DNA of 64,000 nucleotides, taken from NCBI GenBank assembly GCA_963817525.1, contig CAWFOU010000007.1, forward strand, positions 224,001 through 288,000. Direction: 5' to 3'. Below, one piece after another: positions 10,041 through 19,600 of this stretch. Each line of letters opens with the position of its first letter. The stretch's first letter is position 1. This DNA is from an uncultured archaeon. GTDB lineage: Archaea; Thermoproteota; Nitrososphaeria; Nitrososphaerales; Gagatemarchaeaceae. The translations under genes were made by a program, and so were the position numbers. The notes under the pieces were generated by a model. The model was not told the DNA's origin and searched no databases. It saw only the letters and a program-made list of their open reading frames with translations.

Positions 10041-10973
10041 TTGCCGCCTCGCCAAGAAGCACCTGACAACGACGCCCCGGAGATACCCGACAAGTGCCCG
10101 AACTGCGGGAAGAGCGGGACCTTCGTGCGGGACGAGGAGAGCGGCGAGCTTGTGTGCAGCAACTGCGGCTTCGTGCTCAGGGACAAGGAGGAGGAGTCGG
10201 GACCTGCTTTCTCGAAGTCAGAGGGCGGCCCCACGGAGATCGCGTCCGGCCCTCCGGCCTCGATCTCGCAGCCTGACATGGGGCTCGAGACCGTCATAGG
10301 CAGGACGGGACGGGACGCGTCGGGGAGCTCGCTGTCCCCCAGGATGAGGTCGACCGTGGACAGGATCAGGGTCTGGGACAGGAGGACCCGGACCAACCAG
10401 GCCGGCTACCGTGGCATGAGCAAGGCCTTCGACGAGATCAAGACCATAGCGGCAAAGCTGTCCGTGGGAGAGGCGGCCATAGAGCGCGCCGCCTACATCT
10501 ACAGGAAGGCGGCGGAGAAGCGCATCACGAGGGGGAGGTCAATCTCCCAGCTCTCGGCCGCGGCCCTGTATGCCGCGTGCAGGGACCTGGAGATCCCGAG
10601 GAGCCTAAAGGACGTCGCGGCGGCGGGGAACATCGACAAGAAGGACCTGTCGCGGTCGTACAGGACGCTCGTCACGGAGCTCGACATCAAGATGCCCGTG
10701 GAGGACCCCGTGCGCTCGGTGCCCAAGATAGGGTCGGCCATCGGCGTCTCTCCCAGGACGATGAGCAGGGCGCAGGAGATCCTGAGGATGGCAAAGGCGC
10801 AGGGCGTGTCCGCCGGGAAGGACCCGATGGGGCTCGCCGGGGCCGCCCTATACATCGCGAGCCACCTCGAGGGCGAGGGCAAGTCCCAGCCGAGGGTCGC
10901 CGAGGCCGCGGAGGTCACGGAGGTCACCGTGAGGAACAGGTACAGGGCGCTAAAGTCAAGCCTGAAGCTGTGA
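10041..10973 (+). CDS. tfb: transcription initiation factor IIB (TFB) paralog
   Basis: Zn ribbon CPNC...CSNCG, two cyclin repeats, [21 protein letters not shown]. Confidence 0.93.
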   Translation: MPPRQEAPDNDAPEIPDKCPNCGKSGTFVRDEESGELVCSNCGFVLRDKEEESGPAFSKSEGGPTEIASGPPASISQPDMGLETVIGRTGRDASGSSLSPRMRSTVDRIRVWDRRTRTNQAGYRGMSKAFDEIKTIAAKLSVGEAAIERAAYIYRKAAEKRITRGRSISQLSAAALYAACRDLEIPRSLKDVAAAGNIDKKDLSRSYRTLVTELDIKMPVEDPVRSVPKIGSAIGVSPRTMSRAQEILRMAKAQGVSAGKDPMGLAGAALYIASHLEGEGKSQPRVAEAAEVTEVTVRNRYRALKSSLKL

Positions 10974-11070
10974 GCCTAGGCCCAGCACCTCTGACTCCTC
11001 GTTGTGCGCCCGGACTGGACGTGCTTCGTTTTTATATTCCGGACACGGCCTGAGGAAAGGCGTCGCGAAG

Positions 11071-12138
11071 ATGGAGATTGGAGTAGACAGCTTCGCAGCG
11101 GCCGTCTCGGACCCGGCGACCGGCCTGGTAGTGACCCCGGTCGAACGGATGCAGCACCTGCTCGAGGAGATGGAGCTGGCCGACAAAGTCGGGCTCGACG
11201 TCTTCGGCATAGGGGAACACCACAGGGTCGAGTTCCTGGACTCCGCCCCGGCCGTGATTTTGGCCGCGGCTGCCGCGAGGACCAAGAAGATCCGGCTGAC
11301 GAGCGCGGTTACGGTCCTAAGCGCCGCGGACCCGGTCCGCGTCTTCCAAGAGTTCGCCACACTCGACCTCATCTCAAAGGGCCGGGCCGAGATCGTCGCA
11401 GGTCGCGGCTCTTTCGTGGAGGCCTATCCGCTTTTCGGCCTAAACCTCGAGGACTACGACTCGCTCTTCGAGGAGAAGCTCGACCTGCTGCTCAAGATCC
11501 GTGAGAACACCCACGTGCACTGGTCTGGCACCCACCGCCCGGCGCTCACAGGCCAGGCCGTTTACCCTCGCCCGCTGCAGAACCCCCTTCCCATCTGGGT
11601 GGGGGTGGGCGGGACTCCCACCTCCTTCGTCCGCGCCGGCCTCCTAGGGCTCCCCCTCATGGTGGCCATCATAGGCGGCGAACCCGAGAGGTTCAGGCCC
11701 CTCGTCGACCTATACCGCGAGGCGGGGCGCCGCGCGGGCCACTCCCCCGACAAGCTAACCGTCGGGCTCCACTCCATCGGCTTCTTGGCGGACACCACGG
11801 AGCAGGCGGCCGACGAGTTCTTCCCGGGCTTCGCGCGCACCTTCACTGAGATTGGCAAGGAGCGCGGCTGGTCTCCGACGACCCGGGCCCAGTTCGACGC
11901 CCAGCGCGGGCCGACGGGCGCGTACTTGATCGGCGACGCCGAGACGGTGGCCAAGAAGATGCTCTACTTGAGCGAGGCGCTGGGCGGCCTCTCCCGGATA
12001 ACCTTCCAGATGGGGGTCTCGACGCTTCCTCACGAGCAGATGCGGAGGGCCATCGAGATCCTGGGCAAGGAGGTGGCGCCCATCGTCCGCCGTGAGTCCG
12101 CGGACGCCGCGAAGCCGGAGTCCGGGGAAAGACCATAA
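11071..12138 (+). CDS. LLM class flavin-dependent oxidoreductase
   Basis: [29 protein letters not shown]. Confidence 0.9.
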   Translation: MEIGVDSFAAAVSDPATGLVVTPVERMQHLLEEMELADKVGLDVFGIGEHHRVEFLDSAPAVILAAAAARTKKIRLTSAVTVLSAADPVRVFQEFATLDLISKGRAEIVAGRGSFVEAYPLFGLNLEDYDSLFEEKLDLLLKIRENTHVHWSGTHRPALTGQAVYPRPLQNPLPIWVGVGGTPTSFVRAGLLGLPLMVAIIGGEPERFRPLVDLYREAGRRAGHSPDKLTVGLHSIGFLADTTEQAADEFFPGFARTFTEIGKERGWSPTTRAQFDAQRGPTGAYLIGDAETVAKKMLYLSEALGGLSRITFQMGVSTLPHEQMRRAIEILGKEVAPIVRRESADAAKPESGERP

Positions 12139-12164
12139 ATAATTTCGGAGAGAGCTAAGCCCCC

Positions 12165-12284
12165 ATGCCTCAAAGCGAGGGCGACGCGTCGGTGTCGCGG
12201 GTGAAGGCGGATGTCTGCGCGGCGTGCGGGAGGTCCCTAAAGGCCGACTCGAAGTTTTGTAGCAACTGCGGAGCGAAGGTCTAG
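12165..12284 (+). CDS. 39-aa zinc-ribbon microprotein
   Basis: MPQSEGDASVSRVKADVCAACGRSLKADSKFCSNCGAKV; ATAAATAAT about 25 bp upstream. Confidence 0.65.
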   Translation: MPQSEGDASVSRVKADVCAACGRSLKADSKFCSNCGAKV

Positions 12285-12295
12285 CCTTATCCTTC

Positions 12296-12604
12296 CTAGA
12301 ACGGGGAGGTCGGCTCTAATTTGGTCGCGTAGATCAGGTTGTTGTAGTCCTTTACGACCTCGAACCCCTTCTCGGTGGCGACGTACTCTGTCCTAGAGTT
12401 CTCGACTCGATGCTTCAGGAAGCCCGACGCGGTGAGAATCTCAAGGTTCTTCTGCAGCACCACCCAAGAGGTGTTGCTTCGATACATGATCTGCGTCGGC
12501 TTGGTGCAGCCCGACGTCACGACGCTCAGGACGTCCATCCTGATCTCGAACGGCGACCGCCTTGTGACCTGACGCCTCTTCTCGGAATCCAGAGCTTGAA
12601 TCAT
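12296..12604 (-). CDS. archaeal winged-helix (HTH_45-like) regulator
   Basis: RRSPFEIRMDVL...KPTQIMYRSNTSW...TEKG. Confidence 0.85.
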   Translation of the reverse strand: MIQALDSEKRRQVTRRSPFEIRMDVLSVVTSGCTKPTQIMYRSNTSWVVLQKNLEILTASGFLKHRVENSRTEYVATEKGFEVVKDYNNLIYATKLEPTSPF

Positions 12605-12693
12605 GTTTGCTTGCAGTCGCTTGGAGAGCCGTTCACTCTATAAGAACGGGTTGAACATCTTGTTCGACTGCCCGCGAGAGGAAAGGAGCGGTG

Positions 12694-13143
12694 CTACTCT
12701 TTCTGCGAGTCCCAGGCCTTCCAGCGCGAGGCGGTTGCGGAAGTGTCGACGAACGGGGCGATCACGCGCGTCGCCTCGACCTTGATTAGGACGCGCCTCT
12801 GGCCCGGCCGGCGCATGGGGTACTTGTCCTTCCCGAGGTACTTCTTCGCCATCTTGTCGACGTGCTCCTCCGCCCCGTTGAAGGTCACCTCTTTGACCCG
12901 GCCGCGGATCACCGCCATGTTATAGGCGCTGGTCGGGTCGCACACGTCAAGGGCGACCCTCGGGTCTCTCAGGACGTTCTTGTGCTTCTGGCTGCCCTCG
13001 AACGTGTTGATCAGCACGAGGTCTCCCTCGTGGTCGACCCACGTCTGCGTGACGTGGGGCGAGCCGTCTTTCATCAGCGTGGCTACGTTCGCGAAGACCT
13101 TACCCTCAATCAGGTTCTTGACGGCATCTGGCAGGGGCTCCAT
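12694..13143 (-). CDS. PPOX-class F420-dependent oxidoreductase
   Basis: ATLMKDGSPHVT..W, K.KNVLRDPRVAL, HVDKMAKKYLG. Confidence 0.88.
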   Translation of the reverse strand: MEPLPDAVKNLIEGKVFANVATLMKDGSPHVTQTWVDHEGDLVLINTFEGSQKHKNVLRDPRVALDVCDPTSAYNMAVIRGRVKEVTFNGAEEHVDKMAKKYLGKDKYPMRRPGQRRVLIKVEATRVIAPFVDTSATASRWKAWDSQKE

Positions 13144-13204
13144 TCTACGGGGTGAGACGTCGTCCCGCTATATTAACGACAAAGAGCCCCTACGTCCGGC
13201 TACG

Positions 13205-13726
13205 TCACTCCCGGAGGGGGGCCTTCATCATCTGGAACTGCCTCTCGTTGGTCCACGCGTACTGCCTGATCTGCTCGAACTGGGCCACGAAGTTGTCATA
13301 CCACGCCTGCGACGAGAAGACCATCGCAGTATTGACCTGGAACCAGGCGCTTTCCGAGAAGTTAGTGGAGCCCTCCCAGCACCAGACCGGGTCGTCGTTG
13401 GAGACGACACCCTTAGTGTGGCAGATGTATTGGACTCCCGCGGGCGAGGTGCCTATCGTCACCTCTATCCCCGCGTCTATCAGCCGCTGGATCTGTCCGG
13501 CCTGGAGCGCCCCCTCGGACTGGCTGTGGTCCAGGAAGATGTGGAGGGGGACGCCGTTCTGGTGCGCCGAGATCAGGTCGTCTATCAGGGGCACGAGGGT
13601 GAAGCTGAAGGCGATGATGTAGGTCTCCCCGGGGTCGCTGATGTGGTTGAGGAGCTCCTGCTCCGCGACGGTCCCGTCGGCTGGGAGGAGGTAGCACGTT
13701 ATCGTCGCGGTCATCTGGAATGGCAT
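13205..13726 (-). CDS. single-domain phospholipase D-like protein
   Basis: AFSFT, HTKGVVSND (HxK), GSTNFS motifs. Confidence 0.8.
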   Translation of the reverse strand: MPFQMTATITCYLLPADGTVAEQELLNHISDPGETYIIAFSFTLVPLIDDLISAHQNGVPLHIFLDHSQSEGALQAGQIQRLIDAGIEVTIGTSPAGVQYICHTKGVVSNDDPVWCWEGSTNFSESAWFQVNTAMVFSSQAWYDNFVAQFEQIRQYAWTNERQFQMMKAPLRE

Positions 13727-13770
13727 GGTTTGTTTTCGGAGGCCGCGCTATTTCTCGCTTTTGCGAGGAT

Positions 13771-15367
13771 TCATCGCTTCGCGGGTTTGGCCTGCGGCGA
13801 GAGCACGCCCAGCAGGTCCCTCCCGATGGGGCTTCCCCACCCCGTGCACGCGCTCCAGCCCGGCCCGGCGCTGTAGGCCCCGTTGGTGCCCGAGACGACG
13901 TCGTCGAACGCGGCCTGCGACCCCTTTGCATAGAGGAGGGGGTTGACGTACCCGGCGGGCTTGCCCAAGCCCTGGTTGATCAGGGCGAAGAGGCCCGTCC
14001 AGAGCGGCGCGACGGCGCTCGTCCCTCCCACCGTGATCTCCTGCCCGTCCACGAAGACGCTGTAGCCGGTCTGGGGGTCTGCGTCCCCCGCGACGTCCGG
14101 GACGCCCCGCCCTATCCTGCCTCCTGGGTTGGCCGAAGGCGGCACCCCGGCCCCCACCTGCCAGGAGGGGAGCGCGAAGACGTCGCTCACTCCGCCACCG
14201 GTGGCCCCGCCGCTGGGGAGGTCGTCCCAGACCACCTGGCTCACTATCTCGCCCCCGCTGGCCGTCAGGCGCGTCCCTCCGCAGCCGGTGACGTACTGCG
14301 AGGAGGCGGGGTAGTCGACGTGGGCGAGGCCGTCCTCCACGCCGTCGGAGGACCCCTGGTCGCCCGACGCGGCGAAGACAGTGACGCCGAGCGCGGCGGC
14401 GTCCTGGAAGGCCTGGTCGAGGGCCTGGATCCCCTGGGAGGTCCACTCCGACTCGGCGCTCCCCCAGCTGATGGAGATCACGGAGGGCTTTCCCTGCGGC
14501 CCATGAAGGGCGGCGTTCACCGCATCGACGAAGCCCGCGTCCGTGTTGGGCGCGAAGTAGACGAGGGTCTGGGCCTTGGGCGCTATCGTCCCGGCGACCT
14601 CGATGTCTAGGAGGACCTCGGCGTCGGGGCCGTTGGGGTCCCCAGTGGGGGCGTTGGAGGTCCCGTCCACCGAGACCGAGGTCACCGAGGGGAGAGGGAT
14701 CCCCAGGCCGGAGAAGTAGGTCTGAAGGTCGCTGGGAGCGTACCCGCCCCCGAGCTCGACAATGCCGATGGTCTGCCCCGACCCGTCCTGGGCCGAGGGG
14801 AAGTCGTAGAGCTCGCCGACCTGGAGCGGGCGTGTAGGAGACGCCCGCCGCGGCGGCAGGCCTGATGCGAAAGTGCGTCCGCGCCTGCGGCCTGTTGTCC
14901 ATCCCCAGCACCGCGCTCACCCTCGGCGCCAGGTCCGGCGGGAGGTAGACGGCCCCGAGGCGGCCGCGATAGCTGCCCCCGAGGCGGTGGACGTAGCGCG
15001 AGAGGCTCACCTTAAACGCGCTCGAGAACTGCCCCACGGTCCCGGAGAGCACGACGGCGCGCTTCGCTTGGCTGGCGTCCACGACCTTGAACGAGTTGTC
15101 CCTCGCGAACTCGCGCACCCTCGCGAGGTCCCCGCGGGTCGACCCGAAGGCCTTGGTGAACTCTGACCTCGTCAGGTAGGACCTCTCCTTCGGGAGTTTT
15201 GAGCCGAGCCGCCTCACCAGCGAGAGCTCCCGGCCCGGGGCGCGGGGACGCAGCACGACGGTGACGAGGATGCTCTCCTCGGGGTCGACGCGGCCGGAGA
15301 GGCGGGACCCCCCGAGCGGCCTCCTTTCGCTCCCCGGAAGCGCGACGCGCGCGCGATCTGCGGACAT
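13771..15367 (-). CDS. S53 sedolisin/kumamolisin peptidase with pro-domain, +1 frameshift near 14830
   Basis: Pro-domain, then [30 protein letters not shown] in the second frame. Confidence 0.9.
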
Positions 15368-15423
15368 GGGGAGAGAGAAGGAGCCGGTGCTATGAAAACT
15401 TCGCTGAGCCCAGGAGGGCCGCG

Positions 15424-15909
15424 CTAGCCATCCTTCTCTATCAGCATCGTGACATAGTCCTGGAACTCCTTGTCGAAGGTCCCGCGGGTGCCCTTGTGGA
15501 TTCGGACAAAGAGGGGCTGCTTAGTCATGCGCTCGAGGAAGTTCGACCACTGCTCCCAAGTCTCGTCGTCCATCCACTTCTTCTTGTGGAGCGAGTAGAC
15601 CTCCTCGAAGATGCCGTATCCCAAGAGCAGGTACGCTGAGAGGGTCTGGTCTTCCTCCGTGAGCTTCTCTCCGGGCCCGCCTTCGGGGGGCCTCATGGCC
15701 TCGTTGAAGTCCAGCAGCTTGGAGAGCTCGGGCCTCTCGACGAGCATCCTGATGTAGTCAGTGTAGCGGCCCATCACGTTCGCGACCGCGGCCTCCTTGA
15801 CCGCCTTCTCCTGGCTGCGGAACTGGAAGATGAACACCAAGAGCGTGAGGGATATCACCACGGTCTGGACGACGGAGGTGAGTATGACGAGGTCGGTGCT
15901 GTCGACCAA
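15424..15909 (-). CDS. membrane-anchored hypothetical protein
   Basis: N-terminal TM helix, coding-like codon usage. Confidence 0.7.
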   Translation of the reverse strand: MVDSTDLVILTSVVQTVVISLTLLVFIFQFRSQEKAVKEAAVANVMGRYTDYIRMLVERPELSKLLDFNEAMRPPEGGPGEKLTEEDQTLSAYLLLGYGIFEEVYSLHKKKWMDDETWEQWSNFLERMTKQPLFVRIHKGTRGTFDKEFQDYVTMLIEKDG

Positions 15910-16008
15910 GGGCCGACGTGGGACTGGCGCTGTCGGTAATTAAGAGATGGGCTACGCCCGACCCAGTCCGAGTGGGTTGGGACTGCGCCTTGCGGCGACT
16001 AGATTCGT

Positions 16009-16293
16009 CTAGGAGACGACGAAACCGGCCACGAAGAGGACCATTATCGCGAATATCCAGATCATGACGGTAATACTCTTGGTAGCGTCGCCGGTCTTCA
16101 TGTTCACGTACATGTGCGCGATGAGAGCGAAGGCCAGGAAGTCCGCGCCGAGAAAGAGCGCGAATATCCTCTGGTCCACGACCGACAGGGTGTCGAGCGT
16201 CCAGAGGAAAACGGTCGAGATGGTCTGGATCATCAGCAGTGGGACAGCGACCTTCTCAGTTGAGTTCAAGCTTGCTCCCCACTGCGCTGGCAT
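16009..16293 (-). CDS. small 3-TM membrane protein downstream of cytochrome b
   Basis: Hydrophobic ORF overlapping the end of cytochrome b. Confidence 0.65.
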   Translation of the reverse strand: MPAQWGASLNSTEKVAVPLLMIQTISTVFLWTLDTLSVVDQRIFALFLGADFLAFALIAHMYVNMKTGDATKSITVMIWIFAIMVLFVAGFVVS

Positions 16294-17804
16294 CTACCGT
16301 GTTGCTCTCGGCGACCCGCCTGCCGACCCAGCGGTATCCGAGGAACGCGGCGGTGAGCACCCCGATCATGAGGCAGGTGGAGGCGCTGAGCCTGGCGACC
16401 ATGTCCACGGTGACGCCGTATTCGATGATCTGCACCACAGAGTCGACCGCGATCCCGATGCCGAGCGCTCCGAAGCCCATCAGGGCGGACATCGCCATGC
16501 CCATCCACTTTCCTTCATAGTAGCGATGGTGGGGACCTGTCACGGGCGCCGAGGAGGCGGCCGAGGTGGACGGCGCTCCGATGGCGCTCGTGGGGCGGAG
16601 CGCGGCGAACACGCCGCCCAACGCCAGCGCGACTATCAGGGCGGTGCCCCCGAGGACCTCGATCGCGCTCGCGGTGGGGATGATCTGCCCAGGAGTCATG
16701 AGCCCCCATGCGGCCAGCACGACGAGCTCCGCGATGAATATGGCGCCTAGTATCACGAACTTCGGGCGCTGAATCAGCCTCCGGTTTTCCCCCCTGTCGA
16801 TGAAGGGCAGGATGGTCAATATGACGAGGGCAGCCGAGCCTGCCGTGAGCGCCACGGGGATGCCTGCGGTCTCGAAGAACTTTATCTTGAGAATCTGGTA
16901 TAGCCAGAGGAAGTACCAGTCGGGCTGGGCGGCGATTTGGCCCGCGGCCGTCGCGCTGTACTCGGGTCCGAGCTGAATCGGGAAGAGGGCAGAGATGAGC
17001 AGCATCCCGACGCCGAAGATCACGGCAATCTCGACCAGGTACACCGTCATGTCGGGGAAGATCGGCAGAGTCCTCTTGAGCTTCGCCGTCAGGGTCCCGG
17101 TGACCGGCTCGGCGACGCCGTGGGTCTCGAGCATCCCCATCTTTAGGACCAGGAGCCCTAGGAGGATCGCTGGGAGGACGACCACGTGGAGGTCGTAGAA
17201 GTGCAGGAGCTCACCGGCCGTCTCCCCGGTCCCCGACAATCAGGAAGTTCGCCAGGCTGGCGATGGGCGCTGGAAGGGCCGCCATCAGTCCCACGCCGAC
17301 GTCCGACGCTGACACGGAGACCACGGTGTAGGGAAGGAGGTAGCCCGTGAACCCGAATCCCAGGGTGACGAAGCCCATCAGCATCCCGGTCATCCACATC
17401 AGCTCTCGCGGCTTCTTGTGCACGGAGACGAAGTAGCCCCTCATCATGTGCATGAAGGCGAGCATTATCATCGCGTAGGCCGTGTAGAGGTGTATGGTCT
17501 CCAAGAACTGCCCAAAGTAGACGGTCTTGAAGATATTCTCAGTGCTCGTGTACGCCGCCGTCGGGGTGGGGGTGTAGTAGAGCATCATTATCACGCCCGT
17601 GACGCCCTGGATGATGAACGCGACAACCGCGAGGGCGCCCAGCCAGTAGAAGGGGCTCAGCGAGTACGCGGGGGCGGGTCGTAGCAGCGGATACGTCGCG
17701 CCCGTACGCGAAGAGATGAAACCTGCCAGGCGCTCCAGCCTTGACTTGACGGCCTCCTCTGCTTCCTCCGCCTTTTTGTGCTCCTGCTGCGCCTCTTGTC
17801 CCAT
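16256..17804 (-). CDS. petB: cytochrome b of a Rieske/cytochrome b complex, frameshift near 17235
   Basis: IH...MH pair in helix B, PRELMW..G, FTGYLLP, PDWY Qo motif; extra C-terminal TMs. Confidence 0.88.
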
Positions 17805-17805
17805 G

Positions 17806-18459
17806 CTAGCCCGAGCTCCCTGAAGTCGAGGCCGAGGCCAGCGTCCCTCCGACTAGGTCGTCGGTGACGACGGTAGACCCTGAAGTCCCGTATCCGTATA
17901 TCACCGGCGGGCCCATCCCGGTCGCGTAGATGTTCCCAGACGAGTCGACATCGAGCATCACTTGCGGCACCGGATGGGGCGCGGGGCCTCCTATAACGGT
18001 GGCGCCGGTAAGGAAGTCGTACTGGCTGCCGTGGCAGCAGCAGTAACCCTGCGGGATCTTCGCGACGAAGGAAGAGAGGCAGGCGGGCGAAGCGCCAGGC
18101 GCCAAAAAGTCGTAGATGCACCCCAGGTGCTGGCATATGTTGCTGAACGCCACTATGTCGGTGTTCGGGCCGACGCCTCCTTCAGTGGTCGACACCCCTG
18201 TCTTCACGAGAAGATTGGGCTGGACGGTCAACGGGTAGTTGAAGCTGATCGGCACGTTCTCCTGGAGCTGGGAGACGGTGGCAATCAAGATCTTCGGGAA
18301 TGTCGTGGATGCCGCCGTCGGGGGCGCCTCGGCTTCGACCGTGATTGACTTTGTTATCGCGAGCGTCCCGACGAGTGCGAGGGCCGCGGAGGCGACCGCT
18401 GTGTATTTCAGGAAGTCCCTGCGGCCTTCGTCAGGCCCGGCTTCGGCGTCAGCTGACAT
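17806..18459 (-). CDS. Rieske 2Fe-2S protein with Tat signal
   Basis: GRRDFLK; box I CQHLGC; box II CCCHGSQY. Confidence 0.92.
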   Translation of the reverse strand: MSADAEAGPDEGRRDFLKYTAVASAALALVGTLAITKSITVEAEAPPTAASTTFPKILIATVSQLQENVPISFNYPLTVQPNLLVKTGVSTTEGGVGPNTDIVAFSNICQHLGCIYDFLAPGASPACLSSFVAKIPQGYCCCHGSQYDFLTGATVIGGPAPHPVPQVMLDVDSSGNIYATGMGPPVIYGYGTSGSTVVTDDLVGGTLASASTSGSSG

Positions 18460-18539
18460 GGACCCTCAGCTCCGGATTTTGCTCTGCCATGATAGCGCGA
18501 TTAAAGCTTTGTCGAAAAAGAAGGAATTTCTCTGACATG

Positions 18540-19004
18540 CTACTTGGACCTCCCGCCTGTAAACGCGAAGAGCGCGCCGATGACTATCACGCCTGCGCCC
18601 TCCGCCAGCATGAGCGTGTTCTTGAGGACCAGATAGGACGGGACGGCGACGAGCGTTATTCCTAAGATAACCAATGCTATGCCGAGGAAGAAGAAGTGCG
18701 AGTTGCTCATCATCGGGCCGGACTCTGCGAGCCCCCCCGCCGGGACGACTGGCGCCTGACGCGCCATCGAGGGCATCGGGGCCGCGCCGCTCTTGAGCCA
18801 CCCCACGGGAGCCAGTATCAGCGCGAACACGACGAAAACCACCGACAGCTCCTGGAGCCTCGCCGCCGGGCTCGGGATGCAGTTGCAGCTGTCGAGGTTG
18901 AGCACGTTAGGGTGGATGCTGGAGGTCGCCGTGATGCCCACGACTCCGAAGACCCCCAGAAGAACTGCGAGGACGATGTAGTCCGTGTCCAAGCGCAACT
19001 TCAC
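18540..19004 (-). CDS. membrane hypothetical protein
   Basis: About 4 TM segments and a CNC motif, upstream of the Rieske gene. Confidence 0.6.
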   Translation of the reverse strand: MKLRLDTDYIVLAVLLGVFGVVGITATSSIHPNVLNLDSCNCIPSPAARLQELSVVFVVFALILAPVGWLKSGAAPMPSMARQAPVVPAGGLAESGPMMSNSHFFFLGIALVILGITLVAVPSYLVLKNTLMLAEGAGVIVIGALFAFTGGRSK

Positions 19005-19069
19005 GGCAGCTTTCCCCCCCACTAAAAGGTTTTGAAGCTTTCGACTCCTCGGGAAGAGGCTGAGCGCGC

Positions 19070-19558
19070 TCAGGCCGCCCAAGGGGGCTCTGGGAGGCCT
19101 GCCTTCCACTCGGCAATCTCCTTGAACATCTTGCCCAGTTCCTTGTCGCCGCTCAGGAGCAGGAAGACGTAGGAGGCCAGGACGTCGTCGCTCAGACTCT
19201 CGGTGAGCGTTGGCCGCCCAAAGTCGTACTCTCCAACGATCTCCAGGCCCTTGTCGAAGGCCGGGGCGGAGACGTATCGCTTGAACGCGCGCGGGTCCCG
19301 AGTCGGCCCCGAGGACGCCTCCTCCCGAATCTCCGAGAAGACGTCGGACATCAGCGCCCTCATCTCCGGAGCGAGCTCGTCCTTGGCCCTCTTCGAGGCT
19401 GAGGTCCCCGAGCGCTTGGAGCCCGATGGCGCGTCGGCCATCCTGTCCGCGAGGGCGGTCAGGGTCTCCTCGAACATCCCCATGAATATCATCGAGTGGT
19501 TCACGAGGAGGTTCTGGAGCCTCTCCTCCCTCGCGGGGACGAGGCGTCGCTTCGCCAT
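19070..19558 (-). CDS. hypothetical protein
   Basis: ORF with coding-like composition. Confidence 0.6.
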   Translation of the reverse strand: MAKRRLVPAREERLQNLLVNHSMIFMGMFEETLTALADRMADAPSGSKRSGTSASKRAKDELAPEMRALMSDVFSEIREEASSGPTRDPRAFKRYVSAPAFDKGLEIVGEYDFGRPTLTESLSDDVLASYVFLLLSGDKELGKMFKEIAEWKAGLPEPPWAA

Positions 19559-19600
19559 CGCGATGGCGGGCACCGCGGAGCGTAAAAATCGTGCGGGTGC

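Noticed and set aside
15910-16008. Short hairpin and GGGACTG repeat between genes
   Set aside because: Short GC-rich matches are expected by chance.
17806-18459. Arsenite oxidase small subunit (AioB)
   Set aside because: No molybdopterin subunit is nearby, and the gene is coupled to cytochrome b.
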